64,000 nucleotides of DNA from an uncultured Syntrophaceae bacterium (GCA_964492965.1 CAZBME010000001.1:43382-107381), one strand, 5' to 3'; positions 26,255-36,167 are shown, counted from the first letter of the stretch. The notes: generated from the sequence alone by a model not told the origin. Made by a program: numbers and translations.

Positions 26255-26276
26255 AATAATGAGAAATGGGGAAAAA

Positions 26277-27701
26277 TCAGTAACGGTAGTGATCCGGTTT
26301 GAATGGACCCTTCACGGCAAGACCAAGATAATCGGCTTGCGCTTTGGTCAGTTTTGTCAGTTTCGCCCCAAGGCGACCCAGGTGAAGCCTTGCGACCTCT
26401 TCATCCAGAATCTTTGGCAGGGTATAGACGCCGGGCGCATATTTATTCTTTACCAGGTCAAGCTGGGCCAGACATTGATTGGTAAAGCTGTTGCTCATGA
26501 CGAAACTGGGGTGCCCGGTAGCGCATCCCAAATTGACGAGGCGCCCTTCCGCCAGAATGATAATGGCCCGGCCCGATTCCAGTGTCCATTTATCCACTTG
26601 GGGCTTGATCGTCATCTTCTTGCATTTCGGATTGTTTTCCAGGTAGTGCATGGCAATTTCACTGTCAAAATGACCGATATTGCAGACAATGGCCTCATTT
26701 TTCATCTTCTCCATATGCTTGCCCGCGATGACTTCATAACAACCGGTGGCTGTTATGAAGATATCGGCATAGGAGACAACGTCATCCAGTGTTTTTACTT
26801 CATAACCTTCCATGGCGGCCTGAAGTGCACAGATCGGATCAATCTCCGTAATAATGACCCGGGCTCCGAATCCCCGCATGGACTGAGCGGACCCCTTCCC
26901 AACATCGCCATAGCCGCATACCACAACAGTTTTGCCGGCTACCATGACATCGGTGGCGCGTTTGATGCCATCCGCCAGAGATTCCCGGCATCCGTAGAGA
27001 TTGTCGAATTTAGATTTTGTCACGGAATCGTTGACATTGATGGCCGGGAATAAGAGTTCGCCGTTCTTCTGCATCTGGTACAGGCGATGAACACCTGTGG
27101 TGGTTTCTTCGGAAACGCCGATCATAGCTGAAGCAATCCGTTGCCAGCGGGTCTTGTCGCTCTTGACGCTTTGCTTCAGGCGTTCCATGACAATTTGAAC
27201 TTCCTTGTTGTCAGAGGCCTGCTTGAGGAGGCCGGGATTCTTCTCAACCTTGACGCCCTGATGAATCATAAACGTGGCGTCACCGCCATCGTCCACAATC
27301 AGATCCGGACCTGTCCCGTCTGGCCAGGTCAGCGCCTGTTCCGTACACCACCAGTAGTCTTCGAGGGTCTCCCCTTTCCAGGCGAAGACAGCGGCGGTTC
27401 CCGCCTTGGCAATCGCTGAGGCGGCATGATCCTGTGTGGAAAATATGTTGCAGGACGCCCACCTGAGATCCGCGCCGAGACTTTTCAGGGTTTCAATCAG
27501 CATAGCCGTCTGGATGGTCATATGGAGGCTTCCCATGATCTTTTTCCCGGCCAGGGGCTTCTTCGGTGCATATTTTTCGCGCACAGCCATTAACCCGGGC
27601 ATCTCATTCTCAGCCAGGTCCATTTCCTTGCGTCCCCAGTCCGCGAGGGACATATCGGCCACTTTATAAGGCAGGCCGAGTTCAATCTTCTTGAATGCCA
27701 C
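26277..27701 (-). CDS. ahcY: Adenosylhomocysteinase
   Basis: 474 aa. [33 protein letters not shown], the NAD-binding site [10 protein letters not shown], and a C-terminal PFKPDHYRY. Confidence 0.95.
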   Translation of the reverse strand: MAFKKIELGLPYKVADMSLADWGRKEMDLAENEMPGLMAVREKYAPKKPLAGKKIMGSLHMTIQTAMLIETLKSLGADLRWASCNIFSTQDHAASAIAKAGTAAVFAWKGETLEDYWWCTEQALTWPDGTGPDLIVDDGGDATFMIHQGVKVEKNPGLLKQASDNKEVQIVMERLKQSVKSDKTRWQRIASAMIGVSEETTTGVHRLYQMQKNGELLFPAINVNDSVTKSKFDNLYGCRESLADGIKRATDVMVAGKTVVVCGYGDVGKGSAQSMRGFGARVIITEIDPICALQAAMEGYEVKTLDDVVSYADIFITATGCYEVIAGKHMEKMKNEAIVCNIGHFDSEIAMHYLENNPKCKKMTIKPQVDKWTLESGRAIIILAEGRLVNLGCATGHPSFVMSNSFTNQCLAQLDLVKNKYAPGVYTLPKILDEEVARLHLGRLGAKLTKLTKAQADYLGLAVKGPFKPDHYRY

Positions 27702-27767
27702 GATATTTATCCTCCCATATATAATTGAATATTCTTCAGAGTCCCTAACACAGTGTTCCCATAATCA

Positions 27768-28391
27768 TCAACCTGTTTTTACTTCGCCGTTCATGGGCCC
27801 ATGGACGATGCCGCAGGAAATGATATAGGTGATGGCTTCTTCAACAGTCATATTCACATCGATCAGGTTTTCTTCAGGCACAATCAGCAGATAGCCGGAT
27901 GTGGGATTCGGCGTCGTCGGCACGAAAACATTCATGCAGGTGGCACCGACATCTGTTCTCAAGCTTTCCAGCGTGAAGCCCGTCACAAACCCGAGGGCGT
28001 AAGATCCGGGATGGGGGAACGATACCAGCACCACCTTCTGAAAGCTCTTATTTTTGTTGACAACCATGCTGTCCACAATCTGCTTGGTTCCCTCGTAGAT
28101 GCTGCGGATAAAAGGGATTTTATGAAACAGGCTTTCCCATAACGCAACAATTCTGTTGCCGACATAACTCTTCATAATGACGCCGCAGAGAAAAATCATA
28201 AACACGGTGGCGATTACCCCCAGACCGGGAACATGAAAGGGGAGAAGCGTATCCGGATGATAGCGCTGAGGAATGACGTTCAAGAGGCTGTCCATCACGT
28301 TGATCAGGAAAAAAAACACGTATAGTGTCAACCCGATGGGTATTGTTACGGCCAGACCGGCAATAAATATCTGACGGATTTTTTTTTGCAA
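27768..28391 (-). CDS. DUF502-family membrane protein
   Basis: 207 aa. Two N-terminal TM helices, then IPFIRSIYEGTKQIVDS and FVPTTPNPTSGYLL, which I recall as typical for DUF502. TTG start with AGGAGA upstream. Confidence 0.65.
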   Translation of the reverse strand: MQKKIRQIFIAGLAVTIPIGLTLYVFFFLINVMDSLLNVIPQRYHPDTLLPFHVPGLGVIATVFMIFLCGVIMKSYVGNRIVALWESLFHKIPFIRSIYEGTKQIVDSMVVNKNKSFQKVVLVSFPHPGSYALGFVTGFTLESLRTDVGATCMNVFVPTTPNPTSGYLLIVPEENLIDVNMTVEEAITYIISCGIVHGPMNGEVKTG

Positions 28392-28416
28392 AATGGGTTC
28401 TCCTCTAAAAAAAACG

Positions 28417-28452
28417 GGCAGAGCGCATACGCCACCCTGCCCGGCATCAACT
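28417..28452 (-). terminator. Intrinsic terminator after panD
   Basis: CGGGCAG (28425-28431) pairs with CTGCCCG (28446-28452). The A8 run (28417-28424) becomes U8 after the hairpin on the minus strand. Confidence 0.7.
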
Positions 28453-28489
28453 TTGAGTAATGGTCCTATTTAGCCAAAACGGCAAACTT

Positions 28490-28846
28490 TCAGTGAATCT
28501 TTTTTATCTTGTTTTGACCGTCAAGGAGCACACATTTCGGCGTCCAGTTCTTTGCTTCGGCTTCATCCACAAGGACGTACGTAGCGACAATAATGATATC
28601 GCCGCGTGCTGCCTTCCTCGCTGCAGCTCCATTGAGACACATGACGCCTGAACCCCGCTCCCCTTTGATGGCGTATGTTGTAAAACGTTCCCCATTGCTT
28701 ACATTGTAAATGGCGACCTTTTCATAGGGTATGATGTCTGCTGCCTCCAGGAGACCTTCGTCTATGGAGATGCTCCCCTCGTAATGAAGATCCGCATCCG
28801 TCACTTTTGCGCGATGTAGTTTCGATTTCAACATAAATCTCTGCAT
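28490..28846 (-). CDS. panD: Aspartate 1-decarboxylase
   Basis: 118 aa. [29 protein letters not shown] carries the self-processing G-S site, followed by [14 protein letters not shown]. Confidence 0.95.
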   Translation of the reverse strand: MQRFMLKSKLHRAKVTDADLHYEGSISIDEGLLEAADIIPYEKVAIYNVSNGERFTTYAIKGERGSGVMCLNGAAARKAARGDIIIVATYVLVDEAEAKNWTPKCVLLDGQNKIKKIH

Positions 28847-28877
28847 GATTTTTCCCCTTTATGCCTTTATCTCTCTC

Positions 28878-29735
28878 CTATATATCCAACGGTTCTCCGA
28901 ACACGTGGTTATCTATCAATCTGGTCGTTCCGACACGGACGGCCAAGGCAAGGACGGACTCCTGTTCCAGAATCGGTATATCCCTCATCGTAGATGTGTC
29001 GCAAATCTTGGCATAGTCGATAAGAGTATGCGGGTGACCGGCAATAAATGCCTCAACTTCCCGGATGATGCGACCGGCATCCCGTTCGCCTTGTTCGACC
29101 ATTTTCTTTGCCTTCTGCAGAGAACGGCTCAGACTGAGCGCCGATTCCCTCTCTGCGGGCTTCAGGTAAACGTTCCGTGAACTCATGGCCAGACCATCGG
29201 CCTCCCGAGTCGTCGCCATGGCCTCAATGGTCATATCCATATTCAAATCTTGTACCATGCGCCTGATTGCCACCAATTGTTGAAAATCTTTTTTCCCGAA
29301 AATGGCGATATGGGGTTTTACCATATTAAAAAGTTTGCAGCAGATGGTTGTCACTCCCCGAAAATGGCCGGGTCTGGACAAACCGCAAAGATTGTTCGTT
29401 ACCTCTTCAACATTGACATACGTTTGATAATTCTCCGGATACATCTCTTCATTGGAAGGATAAAAGATCACATCAACGCCGACGGATTCCGCAAGCTGAC
29501 GATCCCTTTCAAAATCCCTCGGGTACTTGGATAAATCTTCCTTGGGACCGAATTGTGTCGGATTAACGTAAATACTGATAACTGAAAGGTCTCCCCGCTT
29601 CTTACCTTCCCTCATCAGATTGAGATGGCCTTCATGAAAGTATCCCATCGTGGGGACAAAAGCGATTCGGTGACCCATCATCCGGTGGGACTCTGAAAAC
29701 GCCTGCATCTTCTTCACTGTATCAATAATTTCCAT
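28878..29735 (-). CDS. panC: Pantoate--beta-alanine ligase
   Basis: 285 aa. FVPTMGYFHEGHLNLM (HxGH), SIYVNPTQFGPKEDLSKYPR and FGKKDFQQL. Confidence 0.95.
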   Translation of the reverse strand: MEIIDTVKKMQAFSESHRMMGHRIAFVPTMGYFHEGHLNLMREGKKRGDLSVISIYVNPTQFGPKEDLSKYPRDFERDRQLAESVGVDVIFYPSNEEMYPENYQTYVNVEEVTNNLCGLSRPGHFRGVTTICCKLFNMVKPHIAIFGKKDFQQLVAIRRMVQDLNMDMTIEAMATTREADGLAMSSRNVYLKPAERESALSLSRSLQKAKKMVEQGERDAGRIIREVEAFIAGHPHTLIDYAKICDTSTMRDIPILEQESVLALAVRVGTTRLIDNHVFGEPLDI

Positions 29736-29752
29736 ATTGCTTACCGTTTCTC

Positions 29753-29895
29753 AAAAAAAAAGCCCCGCCGTCTGTGACGGGAGGCTGGCAAAGTACTCCT
29801 TGATTAAATACTTACTTTGTACCATCCGTCCCAGTCCTTACAGGATCCAAGCGGTCGACCCCACCTAACAGATGCAGGAAGGGATGTCAAGATAT
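29753..29895 (-). promoter_or_regulatory. panC leader with a strong intrinsic terminator and a possible antiterminator (candidate riboswitch/attenuator)
   Basis: On the minus-strand RNA, CCUCCCGUCacaGACGGCGGGG followed by U9 (plus coordinates about 29753-29784) ends 17 nt before the panC ATG. An upstream GGGACGG (about 29827-29833) duplicates the 3' arm GACGG. No gene lies upstream on that strand. Confidence 0.55.
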
Positions 29896-29924
29896 TTTTT
29901 GATGATCTTTATAATCAAAAACAC

Positions 29925-29955
29925 TTGACATTTAAGCACTATTTCTGATTATAAT
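29925..29955 (+). promoter_or_regulatory. Candidate sigma70 promoter for the methyltransferase-like gene
   Basis: TTGACA (29925-29930) and TATAAT (29950-29955). Both hexamers are perfect, but the spacer is 19 nt, which is longer than optimal. Confidence 0.35.
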
Positions 29956-30005
29956 GTGCAATAATTAGTAAATTTTGCTTCATCCCAAAGGCTTTCCATC
30001 CCGGC

Positions 30006-31025
30006 ATGAAAATCAATTCAACAGAGCATTACCATATCTACGATCTCCAAACCTTGGGTTGGGAGTTGACGGTCTGCAATTCCGTAACACCAAGTCAAAG
30101 TCCCTGCCGGAAAATCATCAATCAGAACGAATCTTATGGCCACCTGCTCTATCAATATTTGAATCACTATGTATCTTTGGACCGTGTCAAGCATGTCGTG
30201 GAAATCGGCGGCGGCTACGGTTATCTCATGAAAGACTTTCTCCAGAATAATCCTGGGATGCAAGTTACCATGATTGATATCTCACCTTTTCTTCTTGAGA
30301 AACAAGCGGAACTTCTGATTGGACACAATATTGCCTTCCATCAGGAAAATTTTCTCGATACAGACCCCGCTTCCCTGACGGATATCGATCTGGCTATTTT
30401 GAATGAAAACATTGGCGATTTCCCAACAGTTATAGATATTAATCCCGATATGATTCTAAAACCGCCGGATGAGGCAGCTCACACCTCACTGGCCGAGGTG
30501 AGGCGCTTTATCTTTCAGTATGATCTGCCTGTCCCCCGTTATTCTCTTTTTAATTTTAATCTCGGGGCTTTCCAGGCCGTTGAAAAGCTCTGTTCTGCCG
30601 GCGTTTCTGCTGTTTTTGTCAGTGAGCACAGCTGTGAGGCACAGGTGCCGGAAACACTCCAGCGTCTTGTCAAACTTACTTGTTCCGGGATGCCTGAGAG
30701 AATATCTCTCCGGGGGCATGACGAATACACCATTCAGTTTTCCTATCTTGAAAAAATAGCCGCAAAACGCGGCTATCAGGTCATCAGGGGCCCCCTGGCC
30801 GACTTCATTCCCCTGGAGATCACCGATCGTCTTAAATGCTGCCTCGCTGCTCCGGCAGCACGAACGGATGAGGACGAAATCATTCGGCATTTCGTTGAAG
30901 ATCTCTACAAATATGAATATCTCCTCTTGACGAAACAACAAAATACTGCACACTATAAACAGGCGCTTGATCATCGACCCCATACAGCAACAGACGGGAA
31001 GACCGTCTTGCGGTTGGCGATCTGA
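30006..31025 (+). CDS. Class I SAM-dependent methyltransferase-like protein (possibly MidA/DUF185-like)
   Basis: 339 aa. Motif I is VVEIGGGYGYLMKDFL and motif II is VTMIDISP. The rest of the protein is not recognised. Confidence 0.5.
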   Translation: MKINSTEHYHIYDLQTLGWELTVCNSVTPSQSPCRKIINQNESYGHLLYQYLNHYVSLDRVKHVVEIGGGYGYLMKDFLQNNPGMQVTMIDISPFLLEKQAELLIGHNIAFHQENFLDTDPASLTDIDLAILNENIGDFPTVIDINPDMILKPPDEAAHTSLAEVRRFIFQYDLPVPRYSLFNFNLGAFQAVEKLCSAGVSAVFVSEHSCEAQVPETLQRLVKLTCSGMPERISLRGHDEYTIQFSYLEKIAAKRGYQVIRGPLADFIPLEITDRLKCCLAAPAARTDEDEIIRHFVEDLYKYEYLLLTKQQNTAHYKQALDHRPHTATDGKTVLRLAI

Positions 31026-31078
31026 TGATCATCTCGATGTAAAACGATTGATGCTGTTTAAAAGTGTTGTGTGTTCTC

Positions 31079-31408
31079 ATGAAACAATCGAATATTTCCT
31101 GCAGGTTTTGCGGAACCTGTTGCCTGGCCAACTTTATTGCCTACGTAACCGATGAGGATCTGTCTCGCTGGAAGCATGAAAATCGCCAGGACATTTTGAA
31201 AGTAATCGGCCATGGTCATGTCATATGGATGGGCGATCACATGATTTCTGCTACTGATGGCCATTACGCTCACGACTGCCCGTTTCTCCAGGCTGAAAGC
31301 GGCCGTTGGCTTTGCTCGATTTACGAAACCCGTCCTCTCGTTTGCCGAACATATGAGCCCGCATCATCTGAAATATGTCCCCAGTGGAAGAAAAATAATA
31401 ACCGCTAA
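31079..31408 (+). CDS. YkgJ-family (UPF0153) Cys-cluster zinc/iron-chelating protein
   Basis: ORF 31064..31408. MKQSNISCRFCGTCC (CxxCxxCC), plus CPFL...C...RPLVCRTY. Confidence 0.65.
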   Translation: MKQSNISCRFCGTCCLANFIAYVTDEDLSRWKHENRQDILKVIGHGHVIWMGDHMISATDGHYAHDCPFLQAESGRWLCSIYETRPLVCRTYEPASSEICPQWKKNNNR

Positions 31409-31481
31409 ATAGCCTGGACTATCCATTAACGCCATTTTTCTTACGGATATGGCAATAATTATTCACGCCGGTCAATACTCA

Positions 31482-31509
31482 TTGACAAGGGAAGTCTTTT
31501 TTTTATAGA
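31482..31509 (+). promoter_or_regulatory. Candidate sigma70 promoter for the glutaredoxin-like/FTR-like pair
   Basis: TTGACA (31482-31487), then 16 nt, then TATAGA (31504-31509). Confidence 0.4.
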
Positions 31510-31546
31510 GTCCTCGTCAATAACGATTATGAAAGGAGAAATCATC

Positions 31547-31798
31547 ATGCCCCGAGTTAAAATGTACACTTTGAGTACGTGCAGCCATTGCAAGGCCACG
31601 AAAAAATTCCTTCAGGAGTGTGATGTACAGTTCGAATATACCGATGTGGATCTTCTTGAAGGCGATGAGAAGCAACTCACGCTGAATGAAATTATCCGTT
31701 ATAATCCGAACCGGTCTTTCCCGACCCTGCTCATCGGCGATAAAGTGATTGTCGGCTTTAATGAAAAAGCAATTCGTGAGGCATTGGGCATATCATGA
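31547..31798 (+). CDS. Glutaredoxin-like small redox protein (thioredoxin fold)
   Basis: ORF 31529..31798. The ATG at 31547 follows AAAGGAGA. VKMYTLSTCSHCKATKKFL carries a CxxC active site, and FPTLLIG is the cis-Pro region. Confidence 0.75.
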   Translation: MPRVKMYTLSTCSHCKATKKFLQECDVQFEYTDVDLLEGDEKQLTLNEIIRYNPNRSFPTLLIGDKVIVGFNEKAIREALGIS

Positions 31799-32127
31799 CG
31801 CCGGAACAACTCTACGACATGATGCGTAAAGTTCAGGAGCCCAAGGGGTATTTTTTCAACAAGAACAAACCCTGGGTTCTGGAAATTCTCCAGGATCTGC
31901 TGGTCAACAAACAGCGCTACGGTTACATGTCCTGCCCTTGTCGGCTGGCGTCAGGAGAAAGGGAGCGGGATAAAGATATCATCTGTCCCTGTATCTATCG
32001 AACGGCCGATGTCGAACAGTACGGTAGTTGTTATTGCAATCTCTATGTGTCCAGCGGATGGAACGAGGGGATTCCGGAACATCAGTACGTGCCCGAACGA
32101 AGACCGGCAGATAAAATGGCTTTCTGA
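31795..32127 (+). CDS. Ferredoxin:thioredoxin reductase catalytic-subunit-like protein
   Basis: 110 aa. RYGYMSCPCRLASGE...DIICPCIYR...GSCYCNLYV fits the CPC...CPC...CxC pattern of FTR catalytic chains. 4-nt overlap with the preceding gene. Confidence 0.75.
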   Translation: MTPEQLYDMMRKVQEPKGYFFNKNKPWVLEILQDLLVNKQRYGYMSCPCRLASGERERDKDIICPCIYRTADVEQYGSCYCNLYVSSGWNEGIPEHQYVPERRPADKMAF

Positions 32128-32128
32128 G

Positions 32129-33118
32129 ATGCAAAAAAACAAGATACTAGTCACTGGCAACCTGCCCTCAACCATCCTGGAAATGCTTCGGCATGACTGC
32201 GAGGTGACCTGCCATTCCGCAGACCGGCCGATGAACCGTAATGATCTCGTAAAGAATGTTGCCGGTACCGATGGCCTCCTTTCCATGATCACCGATCGGA
32301 TTGACAGTGAGGTTTTTGATGCGGCCCCGCGCCTCCGGGTGGTGGCGAATATGGGTGTTGGCTACAATAACATCGATATCAGGGAAGCAACCAAGAGATC
32401 CATCCTTGTAACCAATACCCCAGGTGTCCTGACAGATGCCACGGCGGATCTCACCTTCGCTTTAGTCCTGGCCGTGGCCAGACGGGTCATCGAAGGAGAT
32501 AAAATGGTCAGGGAAGGACGATTCCGCTTCTGGGCACCTTTTCATTTCCTCGGTGCCGAGGTTTCATCAAAAACAATCGGCATCATCGGCATGGGGCGAA
32601 TCGGCCAGGCAGTCGCCCAGCGGGCGCGTGGGTTTAAGATGCGCATAATTTACTTCAACCGCAAAAGACTGCCCCCTCTTGAAGAAACGGCCATCAAGGC
32701 TGAGTATGCAGATCTGATGACGCTGCTCAAAGTGTCTGACTTCGTATCCCTTCATGTCCCCTATACGGAAGAAACAAATCATTTAATAAACGCAAAGGCA
32801 TTGGACGCGATGAAACCGGGCGCCTTTCTGATTAATACATCACGAGGGCCTGTCGTTGATGAGAAAGCATTGCTGGCCGCTCTAAGAGGAAAAAAGATCG
32901 CTGGCGCGGGGCTTGATGTCTATGAACATGAGCCGGAACTGACACCGGGACTGACGGAACTGGACCAGGTCGTACTTCTCCCCCATGTAGGCAGCGCCAC
33001 ACTGGAAACACGCACACAAATGGCCGGCATGGCAGCTGAAAATCTTCTGGCAGGACTACGCCATGAAAAACCGCCCCATCTCGTCAATCCGGACGTTCTG
33101 AAAAGCCCCGGCGAATAA
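32129..33118 (+). CDS. D-isomer-specific 2-hydroxyacid dehydrogenase (glyoxylate/hydroxypyruvate reductase-like)
   Basis: ORF 32009..33118. The ATG at 32129 lies 2 nt after the FTR stop. NAD site GIIGMGRIGQAVAQRA, plus SLHVPYTEETNHLI, NTSRGPVVDE and LLPHVGSAT. Confidence 0.85.
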   Translation: MQKNKILVTGNLPSTILEMLRHDCEVTCHSADRPMNRNDLVKNVAGTDGLLSMITDRIDSEVFDAAPRLRVVANMGVGYNNIDIREATKRSILVTNTPGVLTDATADLTFALVLAVARRVIEGDKMVREGRFRFWAPFHFLGAEVSSKTIGIIGMGRIGQAVAQRARGFKMRIIYFNRKRLPPLEETAIKAEYADLMTLLKVSDFVSLHVPYTEETNHLINAKALDAMKPGAFLINTSRGPVVDEKALLAALRGKKIAGAGLDVYEHEPELTPGLTELDQVVLLPHVGSATLETRTQMAGMAAENLLAGLRHEKPPHLVNPDVLKSPGE

Positions 33119-33137
33119 AAACTACCAGGAGTTCTTC

Positions 33138-33704
33138 ATGCCTTTCACTTTTAAATCTGCGAATATTCCCGACGTTATCGTCATCGAAACCCTTATCTTT
33201 AAAGACAATCGTGGTTTCTTCACCGAATCCTATAAACGATCTGATTTTTCAGCGGCCGGAATAAGGGACGCCTTTATTCAGGATAATTCCTCCTATTCCA
33301 TACACGGCTCTCTGAGGGGTCTGCACTACCAGAAGGCCCCTTACGCCCAGGCGAAACTTGTTTATGTCTCTTCAGGAGAAATATTTGACGTTGCCGTTGA
33401 CATCAGGAAGCACTCGCCAACCTATGGACAATGGATCGGCATGACCCTCTCGGGAGAAAGCGGTCGTATGTTATACATTCCTGCCGGGTTTGCTCACGGC
33501 TTCTGTGTATTGAGCGAAGAGGCCTATGTTACCTATAAAGTAACTGCGGAATATAATCCGGCCATGGATCGGGGAATTATATGGAATGATCGCGATATCC
33601 GAATTAACTGGCCCATTTCCGATCCCTTGCTTTCGCCCAAGGATGCCGAGTTGCCAAGCCTCAGGGATGCGGACAATGAATTCGTTTTCACCGCGCATTC
33701 ATGA
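33138..33704 (+). CDS. rfbC: dTDP-4-dehydrorhamnose 3,5-epimerase
   Basis: 188 aa. IPDVIVIETLIFKDNRGFFTESY, LRGLHYQKAPYAQAKLV, and YIPAGFAHGFCVLSEEA. Confidence 0.9.
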   Translation: MPFTFKSANIPDVIVIETLIFKDNRGFFTESYKRSDFSAAGIRDAFIQDNSSYSIHGSLRGLHYQKAPYAQAKLVYVSSGEIFDVAVDIRKHSPTYGQWIGMTLSGESGRMLYIPAGFAHGFCVLSEEAYVTYKVTAEYNPAMDRGIIWNDRDIRINWPISDPLLSPKDAELPSLRDADNEFVFTAHS

Positions 33705-34854
33705 GTATATTGGCAATGATGTCCTTTGTATAGCTTTTATATCGCCAAACCTGCGCCGTAGCTGCAGCGTTTTCAGCAATTGCCTCGATATTGTCTTCGG
33801 GAATGTTCGCCGCCCTCAGAGACACAGGGCTCCCGATCGAGGCAAACCATTCCTTCAGGCACGCGATGCCCTTTTGAGCCGCCATTAGAGGGTCACTTTC
33901 CTCCACGCGGAATACCTCCCGCGCAAAACGGGCCATCTTCTCGGTTTTTACGTCAACCGCATAGGTCATCCAGGCCGGCAGGACAATGGACAGACCTGCA
34001 CCATGGGCAATATCGTAGAGGGCACTCAAAGAATGTTCGATCATGTGCGCCGGCAACTGGACCATTCCCATTCCGGAAGTGGTTAAGCCGTTGAACCCGA
34101 GAATGGCCCCCCACATCACATTGGCTCGTGCATTATAATTTTCCGGCTCCTTCATGATGACATCGGTGCTCTCCACGATCGTTCTGGTCAATCCCTCGAC
34201 GAGACGGTCCTGTATGGTGCTGTCCACGGGCTCCGTATTGTTGAAATACCCTTCCAGCATGTGGGTTATCACATCGACGGCGCTGTAAGCGCTATAAGCG
34301 GCATTTAGAGAAAACAAAACCGTCGGATCGAGGATTGAGACTTTCGGCTGAATCAGGGGAGACATGATACTATACTTCTGACAACTGTCCTCTCTTGTAA
34401 CAACGGCGCCGTTATTCATTTCTGAGGCGCTCGCGGACACAGTGACCACAGTCAGGATGGGAAGAGCGTCCTTAATGGCCTTGGTAAATGTAAAGAATTC
34501 CCAAACATCGTGATCTGCCCTAATCCCTGCCGAAATAGCCTTCGCCGCATCAATGACACTCCCGCCGCCGACGGCAAGAATTACATCGACATTTTCCTTG
34601 CGCGCCAATTCGATCCCTGCAGCAACGTGAGAGAGAACGGGGTTGGATTTCACTCCGGGAAAATCAACAAAGGCAACGCCCGCATCTTTGAGAGAGGCCG
34701 TAACCTGATTATAGATACCATTCTTCAAGATACTGTTCATTCCGTAGACAAGCAAGGCTTTGCTGCCAAAACGGCCAACCTCTTTGCCGATTCGTGGAAT
34801 CTGACCTTTGCCGAAGATGATTTTTGTTGGGTTTTCGAAAATGAAGTTTTGCAT
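33688..34854 (-). CDS. Iron-containing (group III) alcohol dehydrogenase, butanol dehydrogenase/YqhD-like
   Basis: 388 aa. ILAVGGGSVIDAAKAI (GGGS motif) and the metal-binding histidines around VITHMLE and HSLSALYDIAHGAG. Confidence 0.85.
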   Translation of the reverse strand: MQNFIFENPTKIIFGKGQIPRIGKEVGRFGSKALLVYGMNSILKNGIYNQVTASLKDAGVAFVDFPGVKSNPVLSHVAAGIELARKENVDVILAVGGGSVIDAAKAISAGIRADHDVWEFFTFTKAIKDALPILTVVTVSASASEMNNGAVVTREDSCQKYSIMSPLIQPKVSILDPTVLFSLNAAYSAYSAVDVITHMLEGYFNNTEPVDSTIQDRLVEGLTRTIVESTDVIMKEPENYNARANVMWGAILGFNGLTTSGMGMVQLPAHMIEHSLSALYDIAHGAGLSIVLPAWMTYAVDVKTEKMARFAREVFRVEESDPLMAAQKGIACLKEWFASIGSPVSLRAANIPEDNIEAIAENAAATAQVWRYKSYTKDIIANILMNAR

Positions 34855-35273
34855 AACGCTCTCCCTTCGAGTTGAAGTTTAAATCTTTACTTAATGATTT
34901 CTTTCTGATGTGTGCGGATGACTATTTTTTGTATCATGGATTTTCTGACGAGTAAAATCTTTTATCATGATGATGCGGGCTCGGAAATAAGGTGCTGCGC
35001 ATTTCCTTTCTTGACTTTAGAACACGGTTCGATATACGAGTGAGTCGACGGGTATTCTGCGGTGTACGTGACAAGTCATAGTTGCTGGAATCGAATACAT
35101 ATAAAGCGACAGGGTCTCAGTGGCGATTAACGCCCCCAGGAGACCAACTATTTATAAACGTGACTCCAGCCCAGGCATGACGGCACTCGCGGATCCCGTT
35201 ACTTCATATTACCTGTTGATACCGGCAAACCCCCAAACCACCTCTATCGGGGCATAAAGGAGGCAAGGCTTCA

Positions 35274-36167
35274 TTGAAAGCGGCCATATGGGCCTTATTT
35301 GCCCTGACCATGATGTGGGGGTATAACTGGGTCGTTATGAAAGAATGCCTCAAGTTTGCCTCTCCTGTGGACTTTGCCGCACTGCGTACAGTCATAGGCG
35401 CGCTCAGTCTTTTCGGCTTGCTCCTGATCAAAAAGAAATCACTGAAACCGAAAGCCATCTTCGTCACTTTTTGCATCGGCCTTCTTTCCACCACGGGAGG
35501 AATCGGCTTTGTCACCTGGGCACTATCTCTGGGAGGCATCGGAAAGACGGCCATTTTGATTTATATTATGCCTTTCTGGGTCTTGCTGCTGGCCTGGCCG
35601 ATTCTCAACGAAAAGATCCATGGCATCCAATGGCTCGCCGTCGCCCTTGCTTTTTCAGGTTTGATGGTCATTATCGAGCCTTGGGGATTACAGAGCACAA
35701 TGATGGGGAATATTCTGGCTATCCTGTCGGGCCTCACCTGGGCGGTCAGCACCGTTGTGATTAAGATCGCCCGCCGGAAAATCGAATTCGACCTGATCTC
35801 ACTTACTGCCTGGCAAATGATGATGGGCGCCATACCCTTGGTGCTCATGGCCCTCTGGATACCAGCCCCGGCGATTATCTGGTCTCCGGCGTTTGTTGTC
35901 AGCCTATTTTACAGCGCCGTCATTTGCCAGGGGGTCGCGCTACTTCTATGGTATTATATATTGCAAGAATTGCCTGCCGGTATGGCCAGCATGGGAACCC
36001 TCGCCACGCCGATTATCGGCATAGCAGCGGCAAACATACAACTTGGGGAAAGGCCCTCTCTCATGGAGGGTATAGGCATTGCTCTTATCTTGATGGCCCT
36101 TCTCATTCTGACGATCCAGGGCCTGATCCAGGCATGGCAGGCTACCAGGATACTGAAACGTCATTGA
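35274..36167 (+). CDS. EamA/DMT-family transporter
   Basis: 297 aa with a TTG start, about 10 TM helices and two EamA-like halves (WGYNWVVMK...; TWAVSTVVIK...). Confidence 0.75.
   Translation: MKAAIWALFALTMMWGYNWVVMKECLKFASPVDFAALRTVIGALSLFGLLLIKKKSLKPKAIFVTFCIGLLSTTGGIGFVTWALSLGGIGKTAILIYIMPFWVLLLAWPILNEKIHGIQWLAVALAFSGLMVIIEPWGLQSTMMGNILAILSGLTWAVSTVVIKIARRKIEFDLISLTAWQMMMGAIPLVLMALWIPAPAIIWSPAFVVSLFYSAVICQGVALLLWYYILQELPAGMASMGTLATPIIGIAAANIQLGERPSLMEGIGIALILMALLILTIQGLIQAWQATRILKRH

Noticed and set aside
28379-28387. A9/T9 run at codons 2-5 of the DUF502 gene (TTG CAA AAA AAA ATC), considered as a phase-variation tract
   Set aside because: Poly-A encoding Lys-Lys at an N-terminus is common, and the gene is a housekeeping-type membrane protein. 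Nothing else supports a contingency function.
35108-35147. The hairpin GGGTCTCAGTGGCGATTAACGCCCCCAGGAGACC upstream of the EamA transporter reminded me of ZTP (pfl) riboswitch fragments (ACUGGCG ... CCGCCUGGG)
   Set aside because: The segments are far too close together. The P1/P2 sub-domain and the pseudoknot partner are missing, and the resemblance is only a few nucleotides. It is probably just a hairpin.
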